From Balanoglossus misakiensis (lineage: Eukaryota; Animalia; Hemichordata): a stretch of DNA of 64,000 nucleotides. The translations under genes and the position numbers were made by a program. Positions 39,601 to 53,299 of the stretch are shown in pieces; the stretch's first letter is position 1; each line of letters begins with the position of its first letter. The stretch lies in contig CM082580.2 of NCBI GenBank assembly GCA_040954595.2, positions 1,540,783-1,604,782 of the forward strand, read 5' to 3'. The notes beneath the pieces are model-generated. The model was not told where the DNA came from. It worked only from the letters and a program-made list of their open reading frames with translations, and did not search any database.

Positions 39601-42600
39601 AAAATCGACAAAATTTTGAGATTTTGCAAAGTCGAAAATTTGTAATTTTTTGATGATTTTCACCCATGTTTTTTTTCAAAATTGAACGAACCCATGAATT
39701 TTTTCAAAAATCGACGAAATTTTGAGATTTTGCAAAGTCGAAAATTTGTCATTTTTTGATGATTTTCACCCATGTTTTTTTTTTCAAAAATCGACGAAAT
39801 TTTGAGATTTTGCAAAGTCGAAAATTTGTTATTTATTAATGATTTTCACCCATGATTTTTTTTCAAAAATTTACGAAATTTTGAGATTTTGCAAAGTCGA
39901 AAATTTGTCATTTTTTGATGATTTTCACCCATGATTTTTCTCAAAAATCGACGAAATTTTGAGATTTTGCAAATTCGAAAATTTGTAATTTTTTGATGAT
40001 TTTCACCCATGATTTTTTTTCAAAAATCGACGAAATTTTGAGATTTTGCAATGTCGAAAATTTGTCATTTATTAATGATTTTCACCCATGATTTTTTTTC
40101 AAAAATCGACAAATTTTTGAGATTTTGCAAAGTCGAAAATTTGTAATTTTTTGATGATTTTCACCCATGTTTTTTTTCAAAATTGAACGAACCCATGATT
40201 TTTTTCAAAAATCGACGAAATTTTGAGATTTTGCAAAGTCGAAAATTTGTCATTTTTTGATGATTTTCACCCATGATTTTTTTCAAAAATCGACAAAATT
40301 TTGAGATTTTGCAAAGTCGAAAATTTGTAATTTTTTGATGATTTTTACCCATGATTTTTTTTTTCAAAAATCGACGAAATTTTGAGATTTTGCAAATTCG
40401 AAAATTTGTAATTTTTTGATGATTTTCACCCTTTTTTTTTCAAAAATCAACGAACCCATGATTTTTTTTCAAAAATCTACGAAATTTTGAGATTTTGCAA
40501 AGTCGAAAATTTGTCATTTTTTGATGATTTTCACCCATGATTTTTTTCAAAAATCGACAAAATTTTTAGATTTTGCAAAGTCGAAAATTTGTAATTTTTT
40601 GATGATTTTTACCCATGATTTTTTTTTTCAAAAATCGACGAAATTTTGAGATTTTGCAAAGACGAAAATTTGTAATTTTTTGATGATTTTCACCCATATT
40701 TTTTTTCAAAATTGAACGAACCCATGATTTTTTTCAAAAATCGACGAAATTTTGAGATTTTGCAAAGTCGAAAATTTGTCATTTTTTGATGATTTTCACC
40801 CATGATTTTTTTCAAAAATCGACGAAATTTTGAGATTTTGCAAAGTCGAAAATGTGTCATTTTTCGATGATTTTCACCCATGATTTTTTTCAAAAATCGA
40901 CAAAATTTTGAGATTTTGCAAATTCGAAAATTTGTCATTTTTTGATGATTTTCACCCATGATTTTTTTCAAAAATCGACGAAATTTTGAGATTTTGCAAA
41001 GTCGAAAATGTGTCATTTTTCGATGATTTTCACCCATGATTTTTTTCAAAAATCTACGAAATTTTGAGATTTTGCAAAGTCGAAAATTTGTCATTTTTTG
41101 ATGATTTTCACCCATGATTTTTTTCAAAAATCGACAAAATTTTTAGATTTTGCAAAGTCGAAAATTTGTAATTTTTTGATGATTTTTACCCATGATTTTT
41201 TTTTTCAAAAATCGACGAAATTTTGAGATTTTGCAAAGACGAAAATTTGTAATTTTTTGATGATTTTCACCCATATTTTTTTTCAAAATTGAACGAACCC
41301 ATGATTTTTTTCAAAAATCGACGAAATTTTGAGATTTTGCAAAGTCGAAAATTTGTCATTTTTTGATGATTTTCACCCATGATTTTTTTCAAAAATCGAC
41401 GAAATTTTGAGATTTTGCAAAGTCGAAAATGTGTCATTTTTCGATGATTTTCACCCATGATTTTTTTCAAAAATCGACAAAATTTTGAGATTTTGCAAAG
41501 TCGAAAATTTGTCATTTTTTGATGATTTTCACCCATGATTTTTCTCAAAAATCGACGAAATTTTGCAAAGTCGAAAATTTGTAATTTTTTGATGATTTTC
41601 ACCCATGATTTTTTTTCAAAAATCGACGAAATTTTGAGATTTTGCAAAGTCGAAAATTTGTCATTTATTAATGATTTTCACCCATGATTTTTTTTCAAAA
41701 ATCGACAAAATTTTGAGATTTTGCAAAGTCGAAAATTTGTAATTTTTTGATGATTTTCACCCATGTTTTTTTTCAAAATTGAACGAACCCATGATTTTTT
41801 TCAAAAATCGACGAAATTTTGAGATTTTGCAAAGTCGAAAATTTGTCATTTTTTAATGATTTTCACCCATGATTTTTTTTCAAAAATTTACGAAATTTTG
41901 AGATTTTGCAAAGTCGAAAATTTGTCATTTTTTGATGATTTTCACCCTTTTTTTTTCAAAAATCAACGAACCCATGATTTTTTTTCAAAAATCTACGAAA
42001 TTTTGAGATTTTGCAAAGTCGAAAATTTGTCATTTTTTGATGATTTTCACCCATGATTTTTTTCAAAAATCGACAAAATTTTTAGATTTTGCAAAGTCGA
42101 AAATTTGTAATTTTTTGATGATTTTTACCCATGATTTTTTTTTTCAAAAATCGACGAAATTTTGAGATTTTGCAAAGACGAAAATTTGTAATTTTTTGAT
42201 GATTTTCACCCATATTTTTTTTCAAAATTGAACGAACCCATGATTTTTTTCAAAAATCGACGAAATTTTGAGATTTTGCAAAGTCGAAAATTTGTCATTT
42301 TTTGATGATTTTCACCCATGATTTTTTTCAAAAATCGACGAAATTTTGAGATTTTGCAAAGTCGAAAATGTGTCATTTTTCGATGATTTTCACCCATATT
42401 TTTTTTCAAAATTGAACGAACCCATGATTTTTTTCAAAAATCGACGAAATTTTGAGATTTTGCAAAGTCGAAAATTTGTCATTTTTTGATGATTTTCACC
42501 CATGATTTTTTTCAAAAATCGACGAAATTTTGAGATTTTGCAAAGTCGAAAATGTGTCATTTTTCGATGATTTTCACCCATGATTTTTTTCACAAATCGA

Positions 42601-45600
42601 CAAAATTTTGAGATTTTGCAAATTCGAAAATTTGTCATTTTTTGATGATTTTCACCCATGATTTTTTTCAAAAATCGACGAAATTTTGAGATTTTGCAAA
42701 GTCGAAAATTTGTAATTTTTTGATGATTTTTACCCATGATTTTTTTTTTCAAAAATCGACGAAATTTTGAGATTTTGCAAAGACGAAAATTTGTAATTTT
42801 TTGATGATTTTCACCCATATTTTTTTTCAAAATTGAACGAACCCATGATTCTTTTCAAAAATCGACGAAATTTTGAGATTTTGCAAAGTCGAAAATTTGT
42901 CATTTTTTGATGATTTTCACCCATGATTTTTTTCAAAAATCGACGAAATTTTGAGATTTTGCAAAGTCGAAAATGTGTCATTTTTCGATGATTTTCACCC
43001 ATGATTTTTTTCAAAAATCGACAAAATTTTGAGATTTTGCAAAGTCGAAAATTTGTCATTTTTTGATGATTTTCACCCATGATTTTTCTCAAAAATCGAC
43101 GAAATTTTGCAAAGTCGAAAATTTGTAATTTTTTGATGATTTTCACCCATGATTTTTTTTCAAAAATCGACGAAATTTTGAGATTTTGCAAAGTCGAAAA
43201 TTTGTCATTTATTAATGATTTTCACCCATGATTTTTTTTCAAAAATCGACAAAATTTTGAGATTTTGCAAAGTCGAAAATTTGTAATTTTTTGATGATTT
43301 TCACCCATGTTTTTTTTCAAAATTGAACGAACCCATGAATTTTTTCAAAAATCGACGAAATTTTGAGATTTTGCAAAGTCGAAAATTTGTCATTTTTTGA
43401 TGATTTTCACCCATGTTTTTTTTTTCAAAAATCGACGAAATTTTGAGATTTTGCAAAGTCGAAAATTTGTTATTTATTAATGATTTTCACCCATGATTTT
43501 TTTTCAAAAATTTACGAAATTTTGAGATTTTGCAAAGTCGAAAATTTGTCATTTTTTGATGATTTTCACCCATGATTTTTCTCAAAAATCGACGAAATTT
43601 TGAGATTTTGCAAATTCGAAAATTTGTAATTTTTTGATGATTTTCACCCATGATTTTTTTTCAAAAATCGACGAAATTTTGAGATTTTGCAATGTCGAAA
43701 ATTTGTCATTTATTAATGATTTTCACCCATGATTTTTTTTCAAAAATCGACAAATTTTTGAGATTTTGCAAAGTCGAAAATTTGTAATTTTTTGATGATT
43801 TTCACCCATGTTTTTTTTCAAAATTGAACGAACCCATGATTTTTTTCAAAAATCGACGAAATTTTGAGATTTTGCAAAGTCGAAAATTTGTCATTTTTTG
43901 ATGATTTTCACCCATGATTTTTTTCAAAAATCGACAAAATTTTGAGATTTTGCAAAGTCGAAAATTTGTAATTTTTTGATGATTTTTACCCATGATTTTT
44001 TTTTTCAAAAATCGACGAAATTTTGAGATTTTGCAAATTCGAAAATTTGTAATTTTTTGATGATTTTCACCCTTTTTTTTTCAAAAATCAACGAACCCAT
44101 GATTTTTTTTCAAAAATCTACGAAATTTTGAGATTTTGCAAAGTCGAAAATTTGTCATTTTTTGATGATTTTCACCCATGATTTTTTTCAAAAATCGACA
44201 AAATTTTTAGATTTTGCAAAGTCGAAAATTTGTAATTTTTTGATGATTTTTACCCATGATTTTTTTTTTCAAAAATCGACGAAATTTTGAGATTTTGCAA
44301 AGACGAAAATTTGTAATTTTTTGATGATTTTCACCCATATTTTTTTTCAAAATTGAACGAACCCATGATTTTTTTCAAAAATCGACGAAATTTTGAGATT
44401 TTGCAAAGTCGAAAATTTGTCATTTTTTGATGATTTTCACCCATGATTTTTTTCAAAAATCGACGAAATTTTGAGATTTTGCAAAGTCGAAAATGTGTCA
44501 TTTTTCGATGATTTTCACCCATGATTTTTTTCAAAAATCGACAAAATTTTGAGATTTTGCAAATTCGAAAATTTGTCATTTTTTGATGATTTTCACCCAT
44601 GATTTTTTTCAAAAATCGACGAAATTTTGAGATTTTGCAAAGTCGAAAATGTGTCATTTTTCGATGATTTTCACCCATGATTTTTTTCAAAAATCTACGA
44701 AATTTTGAGATTTTGCAAAGTCGAAAATTTGTCATTTTTTGATGATTTTCACCCATGATTTTTTTCAAAAATCGACAAAATTTTTAGATTTTGCAAAGTC
44801 GAAAATTTGTAATTTTTTGATGATTTTTACCCATGATTTTTTTTTTCAAAAATCGACGAAATTTTGAGATTTTGCAAAGACGAAAATTTGTAATTTTTTG
44901 ATGATTTTCACCCATATTTTTTTTCAAAATTGAACGAACCCATGATTTTTTTCAAAAATCGACGAAATTTTGAGATTTTGCAAAGTCGAAAATTTGTCAT
45001 TTTTTGATGATTTTCACCCATGATTTTTTTCAAAAATCGACGAAATTTTGAGATTTTGCAAAGTCGAAAATGTGTCATTTTTCGATGATTTTCACCCATG
45101 ATTTTTTTCAAAAATCGACAAAATTTTGAGATTTTGCAAAGTCGAAAATTTGTCATTTTTTGATGATTTTCACCCATGATTTTTCTCAAAAATCGACGAA
45201 ATTTTGCAAAGTCGAAAATTTGTAATTTTTTGATGATTTTCACCCATGATTTTTTTTCAAAAATCGACGAAATTTTGAGATTTTGCAAAGTCGAAAATTT
45301 GTCATTTATTAATGATTTTCACCCATGATTTTTTTTCAAAAATCGACAAAATTTTGAGATTTTGCAAAGTCGAAAATTTGTAATTTTTTGATGATTTTCA
45401 CCCATGTTTTTTTTCAAAATTGAACGAACCCATGATTTTTTTCAAAAATCGACGAAATTTTGAGATTTTGCAAAGTCGAAAATTTGTCATTTTTTAATGA
45501 TTTTCACCCATGATTTTTTTTCAAAAATTTACGAAATTTTGAGATTTTGCAAAGTCGAAAATTTGTAATTTTTTGATGATTTTCACCCATGATTTTTTTT

Positions 45601-47500
45601 CAAAAATCGACGAAATTTTGAGATTTTGCAATGTCGAAAATTTGTCATTTATTAATGATTTTCACCCATGATTTTTTTTCAAAAATCGACAAATTTTTGA
45701 GATTTTGCAAAGTCGAAAATTTGTAATTTTTTGATGATTTTCACCCATGTTTTTTTTCAAAATTGAACGAACCCATGATTTTTTTCAAAAATCGACGAAA
45801 TTTTGAGATTTTGCAAAGTCGAAAATTTGTCATTTTTTGATGATTTTCACCCATGATTTTTTTCAAAAATCGACAAAATTTTGAGATTTTGCAAAGTCGA
45901 AAATTTGTAATTTTTTGATGATTTTTACCCATGATTTTTTTTTTCAAAAATCGACGAAATTTTGAGATTTTGCAAATTCGAAAATTTGTAATTTTTTGAT
46001 GATTTTCACCCTTTTTTTTTCAAAAATCAACGAACCCATGATTTTTTTTCAAAAATCTACGAAATTTTGAGATTTTGCAAAGTCGAAAATTTGTCATTTT
46101 TTGATGATTTTCACCCATGATTTTTTTCAAAAATCGACAAAATTTTTAGATTTTGCAAAGTCGAAAATTTGTAATTTTTTGATGATTTTTACCCATGATT
46201 TTTTTTTTCAAAAATCGACGAAATTTTGAGATTTTGCAAAGACGAAAATTTGTAATTTTTTGATGATTTTCACCCATATTTTTTTTCAAAATTGAACGAA
46301 CCCATGATTTTTTTCAAAAATCGACGAAATTTTGAGATTTTGCAAAGTCGAAAATTTGTCATTTTTTGATGATTTTCACCCATGATTTTTTTCAAAAATC
46401 GACGAAATTTTGAGATTTTGCAAAGTCGAAAATGTGTCATTTTTCGATGATTTTCACCCATGATTTTTTTCAAAAATCGACAAAATTTTGAGATTTTGCA
46501 AATTCGAAAATTTGTCATTTTTTGATGATTTTCACCCATGATTTTTTTCAAAAATCGACGAAATTTTGAGATTTTGCAAAGTCGAAAATGTGTCATTTTT
46601 CGATGATTTTCACCCATGATTTTTTTCAAAAATCTACGAAATTTTGAGATTTTGCAAAGTCGAAAATTTGTCATTTTTTGATGATTTTCACCCATGATTT
46701 TTTTCAAAAATCGACAAAATTTTTAGATTTTGCAAAGTCGAAAATTTGTAATTTTTTGATGATTTTTACCCATGATTTTTTTTTTCAAAAATCGACGAAA
46801 TTTTGAGATTTTGCAAAGACGAAAATTTGTAATTTTTTGATGATTTTCACCCATATTTTTTTTCAAAATTGAACGAACCCATGATTTTTTTCAAAAATCG
46901 ACGAAATTTTGAGATTTTGCAAAGTCGAAAATTTGTCATTTTTTGATGATTTTCACCCATGATTTTTTTCAAAAATCGACGAAATTTTGAGATTTTGCAA
47001 AGTCGAAAATGTGTCATTTTTCGATGATTTTCACCCATGATTTTTTTCAAAAATCGACAAAATTTTGAGATTTTGCAAAGTCGAAAATTTGTCATTTTTT
47101 GATGATTTTCACCCATGATTTTTCTCAAAAATCGACGAAATTTTGCAAAGTCGAAAATTTGTAATTTTTTGATGATTTTCACCCATGATTTTTTTTCAAA
47201 AATCGACGAAATTTTGAGATTTTGCAAAGTCGAAAATTTGTCATTTATTAATGATTTTCACCCATGATTTTTTTTCAAAAATCGACAAAATTTTGAGATT
47301 TTGCAAAGTCGAAAATTTGTAATTTTTTGATGATTTTCACCCATGTTTTTTTTCAAAATTGAACGAACCCATGATTTTTTTCAAAAATCGACGAAATTTT
47401 GAGATTTTGCAAAGTCGAAAATTTGTCATTTTTTGATGATTTTCACCCATGTTTTTTTTTTCAAAAATCGACGAAATTTTGAGATTTTGCAAAGTCGAAA
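36700..47500. repeat. Higher-order repeat domain of satellite B (offsets 1701, 3641 and 1939 bp)
   Basis: Matching ORF pairs 36708/38409 and 37469/39170 (1701), 40161/43802 and 41267/44908 (3641), 43802/45741 and 44908/46847 (1939). Ends are approximate. Confidence 0.85.
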
Positions 47501-50500
47501 ATTTGTCATTTATTAATGATTTTCACCCATGATTTTTTTTCAAAAATCGACAAATTTTTGAGATTTTGCAAAGTCGAAAATTTGTAATTTTTTGATGATT
47601 TTCACCCATGTTTTTTTTCAAAATTGAACGAACCCATGATTTTTTTCAAAAATCGACGAAATTTTGAGATTTTGCAATGTCGAAAATTTGTCATTTTTTG
47701 ATGATTTTCACCCATGATTTTTTTCAAAAATCGACAAAATTTTGAGATTTTGCAAAGTCGAAAATTTGTAATTTTTTGATGATTTTTACCCATGATTTTT
47801 TTTTTCAAAAATCGACGAAATTTTGAGATTTTGCAAATTCGAAAATTTGTAATTTTTTGATGATTTTCACCCTTTTTTTTTCAAAAATCAACGAACCCAT
47901 GATTTTTTTCAAAAATCGACGAAATTTTGAGATTTTGCAAAGTCGAAAATTTGTCATTTTTTGATGATTTTCACCCATGATTTTTTTCAAAAATCGACGA
48001 AATTTTGAGATTTTGCAAAGTCGAAAATGTGTCATTTTTTGATGATTTTCACCCATGATTTTTTTCAAAAATCGACAAAATTTTGAGATTTTGCAAATTC
48101 GAAAATTTGTAATTTTTTGATGATTTTCACCCATGTTTTTTTTCAAAAATCAACGAACCCATGATTTTTTTTCAAAAATCGACAAAATTTTGAGATTTTG
48201 CAAAGTCGAAAATTTGTCATTTTTTGATGATTTTCACCCATGATTTTTCTCAAAAATCGACGAAATTTTGAGATTTTGCACAGTCGAAAATTTGTAATTT
48301 TTTGATGATTTTCACCCATGATTTTTTTTCAAAAATCGACGAAATTTTGAGATTTTGCAAAGTCGAAAATTTGTCATTTATTAATGATTTTCACCCATGA
48401 TTTTTTTTCAAAAATCGACAAAATTTTGAGATTTTGCAAAGTCGAAAATTTGTAATTTTTTGATGATTTTCACCCATGTTTTTTTTCAAAATGGAACGAA
48501 CCCATGATTTTTTTCAAAAATCGACGAAATTTTGAGATTTTGCAAAGTCGAAAATTTGTCATTTTTTGATGATTTTTTCCCATGATTTTGTTTTTCAAAA
48601 ATCGACCAAATTTTGAGATTTTGCAAAGACAAAAAATTGTCATTTTTTGATGATTTTCACCCATGATTTTTTTCAAAAATCGACGAAATTTTGAGATTTT
48701 GCAAAGACGAAAATTTGTCGTTTTTTGATGATTTTCACCCATGATTTTTCTCAAAAATCGACGAAATTTTGAGATTTTGCAAAGTCGAAAATTTGTCATT
48801 TTTTGATGATTTTCACCCATGATTCTTTTCAAAAATCGACGAAATTTGAGATTTTGCAAAGTCGAAAATTTGTCATTTTTTGATGATTTTTACCCATGAT
48901 TTTTTTTTTCAAAAATCGACCAAATTTTGAGATTTTGCAAAGACGAAAATTTGTCATTTTTTGATGATTTTCACCCATGATTTTTCTCAAAAATCGACGA
49001 AATTTTGAGATTTTGCAAAGTCAAAAATTTGTCATTTTTTGATGATTTTCACCCATGATTTTTTTCAAAAATCGACGAAATTTAAGATTTTGCAAAGTCG
49101 AAAATTTGTCAATTTTTGATGATTTTCACCCATGATTTTTTTCAAAAATCGACGAAATTTTGAGATTTTGCAAAGTCGAAAATTTGTCATTTTTTGATAA
49201 TTTTTTCCTATGATTTTTCTCAAAAATCGACGAAATTTTGAGATTTTGCAAAGTCAAAAATTTGTCATTTTTTGATGATTTTCACCCATGATTTTTTTCA
49301 AAAATCGACGAAATTTTGAGATTTTGCAAAGTCGAAAATTTGTCATTTTTTGATGATTTTCACCCATGATTTTTTTCAAAAATCGACAAAATTTTTAGAT
49401 TTTGCAAAGTCGAAAATTTGTAATTTTTTGATGATTTTTACCCATGATTTTTTTTTTCAAAAATCGACGATTTTTTGAGATTTTGCAAAGACGAAACTTT
49501 TTAATTTTTTGATGATTTTCACCCATGACTTTTTTTCAAAAATTTACGAAATTTTGAGATTTTGCAAAGTCGAAAATTTGTCATTTTTTGATGATTTTCA
49601 CCCATGTTTTTTTTTTCAAAAATCGACGAAATTTTGAGATTTTGCAAATTCGAAAATTTGTCATTTTTTGATGATTTTCACCCATGTTTTTTTTCAAAAA
49701 TCAACGAACCCATGATTTTTTTTCAAAAATCGACAAAATTTTGAGATTTTGCAAAGTCGAAAATTTGTCATTTTTTGATGATTTTCACCCATGATTTTTT
49801 TCAAAAATCGACGAAATTTTGAGATTTTGCAAAGTCGAAAATTGTCATTTTTTGATTATTTTCACCCATGATTTTTTTCAAAAATCGACAAAATTTTTAG
49901 ATTTTGCAAAGTCGACAATTTGTCATTTTTTGATGATTTTCACCATGATTTTTTTTTAAAAAATGACGAAATTTTGAGATTTTGCAAAGACGAAAATTTG
50001 TAATTTTTTGATGATTTTCACCCATGATTTTTTTTCAAAAATGTACGAAATTTTGAGATTTTGCAAAGTCGAAAATTTGTCATTTTTTGATGATTTTCAC
50101 CCATGATTTTTTTCAAAAATCGACGAAATTTGAGATTTTGCAAAGTCGAAAATTTGTCATTTTTTGATGATTTTCACCCATGTTTTTTTTCAAAAATCTA
50201 CGAAATTTTGAGATTTTGCAAAGTCGAAAATTTGTCATTTTTTGATGATTTTCACCCATGATTTTTTTCAAAAATCGACAAAATTTTTAGATTTTGCAAA
50301 GTCGAAAATTTGTAATTTTTTGATGATTTTTACCCATGATTTTTTTTTTTCAAAAATCGACGAAATTTTGAGATTTTGCAAAGACGAAAATTTGTAATTT
50401 TTTGATGATTTTCACCCATGACTTTTTTTCAAAAATTTACGAAATTTTGAGATTTTGCAAAGTCGAAAATTTGTCATTTTTTGATGATTTTCACCCATGA

Positions 50501-53299
50501 TTTCTCTCAAAAATCGACGAAATTTTGAGATTTTGCAAAGTCGAAAATTTGTAATTTTTTGATGATTTTCACCCATGATTTTTTTTCAAAAATCAACGAA
50601 CCCATGATTTTTTTTCAAAAATCGACAAAATTTTGAGATTTTGCAAAGTCGAAAATTTGTCATTTTTTGATGATTTTCACCCATGATTTTTCTCAAAAAT
50701 CGACGAAATTTTGAGATTTTGCAAAGTCGAAAATTTGTAATTTTTTGATGATTTTCACCCATGATTTTTTTTCAAAAATCGACGAAATTTTGAGATTTTG
50801 CAATGTCGAAAATTTGTCATTTATTAATGATTTTCACCCATGATTTTTTTTCAAAAATCGACAAATTTTTGAGATTTTGCAAAGTCGAAAATTTGTAATT
50901 TTTTGATGATTTTCACCCATGTTTTTTTTCAAAATTGAACGAACCCATGATTTTTTTCAAAAATCGACGAAATTTTGAGATTTTGCAAAGTCGAAAATTT
51001 GTCATTTTTTGATGATTTTCACCCATGATTTTTTTCAAAAATCGACAAAATTTTTAGATTTTGCAAAGTCGAAAATTTGTAATTTTTTGATGATTTTTAC
51101 CCATGATTTTTTTTTTCAAAAATCGACGAAATTTTGAGATTTTGCAAATTCGAAAATTTGTAATTTTTTGATGATTTTCACCCTTTTTTTTTCAAAAATC
51201 AACGAACCCATGATTTTTTTTCAAAAATCTACGAAATTTTGAGATTTTGCAAAGTCGAAAATTTGTCATTTTTTGATGATTTTCACCCATGATTTTTTTC
51301 AAAAATCGACAAAATTTTTAGATTTTGCAAAGTCGAAAATTTGTAATTTTTTGATGATTTTTACCCATGATTTTTTTTTTTCAAAAATCGACGAAATTTT
51401 GAGATTTTGCAAAGACGAAAATTTGTAATTTTTTGATGATTTTCACCCATATTTTTTTTCAAAATTGAACGAACCCATGATTTTTTTCAAAAATCGACGA
51501 AATTTTGAGATTTTGCAAATTCGAAAATTTGTCATTTTTTGATGATTTTCACCCATGTTTTTTTTCAAAAATCGACGAAATTTTGAGATTTTGCAAAGTC
51601 GAAAATGTGTCATTTTTTGATGATTTTCACCCATGATTTTTTTCAAAAATCGACAAAATTTTGAGATTTTGCAAATTCGAAAATTTGTAATTTTTTGATG
51701 ATTTTCACCCATGTTTTTTTTCAAAAATCAACGAACCCATGATTTTTTGTCAAAAATCGACAAAATTTTGAGATTTTGCAAAGTCGAAAATTTGTCATTT
51801 TTTGATGATTTTCACCCATGATTTTTCTCAAAAATCGACGAAATTTTGCAAAGTCGAAAATTTGTAATTTTTTGATGATTTTCACCCATGATTTTTTTTC
51901 AAAAATCGACGAAATTTTGAGAGTTTGCAAAGTCGAAAATTTGTCATTTATTAATGATTTTCACCCATGATTTTTTTTCAAAAATCGACAAAATTTTGAG
52001 ATTTTGCAAAGTCGAAAATTTGTAATTTTTTGATGATTTTCACCCATGTTTTTTTTTCAAAATTGAACGAACCCATGATTTTTTTCAAAAATCGACGAAA
52101 TTTTGAGATTTTGCAAAGTCGAAAATTTGTCATTTTTTGATGATTTTCACCCATGTTTTTTTTTCAAAAATCGACGAAATTTTGAGATTTTGCAAAGTCG
52201 AAAATTTGTCATTTATTAATGATTTTCACCCATGATTTTTTTTCAAAAATCGACAAATTTTTGAGATTTTGCAAAGTCGAAAATTTGTAATTTTTTGATG
52301 ATTTTCACCCATGTTTTTTTTCAAAATTGAACGAACCCATGATTTTTTTCAAAAATCGACGAAATTTTGAGATTTTGCAAAGTCGAAAATTTGTCATTTT
52401 TTGATGATTTTCACCCATGTTTTTTTTTCAAAAATCGACGAAATTTTGAGATTTTGCAAAGTCGAAAATTTGTCATTTATTAATGATTTTCACCCATGAT
52501 TTTTTTTCAAAAATCGACAAATTTTTGAGATTTTGCAAAGTCGAAAATTTGTAATTTTTTGATGATTTTCACCCATGTTTTTTTTCAAAATTGAACGAAC
52601 CCATGATTTTTTTCAAAAATCGACGAAATTTTGAGATTTTGCAAAGTCGAAAATTTGTAATTTTTTGATGATTTTCACCCGTTTTTTTTCAAAAATCAAC
52701 GAACCCATGATTTTTTTTCAAAAATCGACAAAATTTTGAGATTTTGCAAAGTCGAAAATTTGTAATTTTTTGATGATTTTCACCCTTTTTTTTCAAAAAT
52801 CAACGAACCCATGATTTTTTTTCAAAAATCTACGAAATTTTGAGATTTTGCAAAGTCGAAAATTTGTCATTTTTTGATGATTTTCACCCATGATTTTTTT
52901 CAAAAATCGACAAAATTTTTAGATTTTGCAAAGTCGAAAATTTGTAATTTTTTGATGATTTTTACCCATGATTTTTTTTTTCAAAAATCGACGAAATTTT
53001 GAGATTTTGCAAAGACAAAAATTTGTAATTTTTTGATGATTTTCACCCATATTTTTTTTCAAAATTGAACGAACCCATGATTTTTTTCAAAAATCGACGA
53101 AATTTTGAGATTTTGCAAAGTCGAAAATTTGTCATTTTTTGATGATTTTCACCCATGATTTTTTTCAAAAATCGACGAAATTTTGAGATTTTGCAAAGTC
53201 GAAAATGTGTCATTTTTTGATGATTTTCACCCATGATTTTTTTCAAAAATCGACAAAATTTTGAGATTTTGCAAATTCGAAAATTTGTAATTTTTTGAT

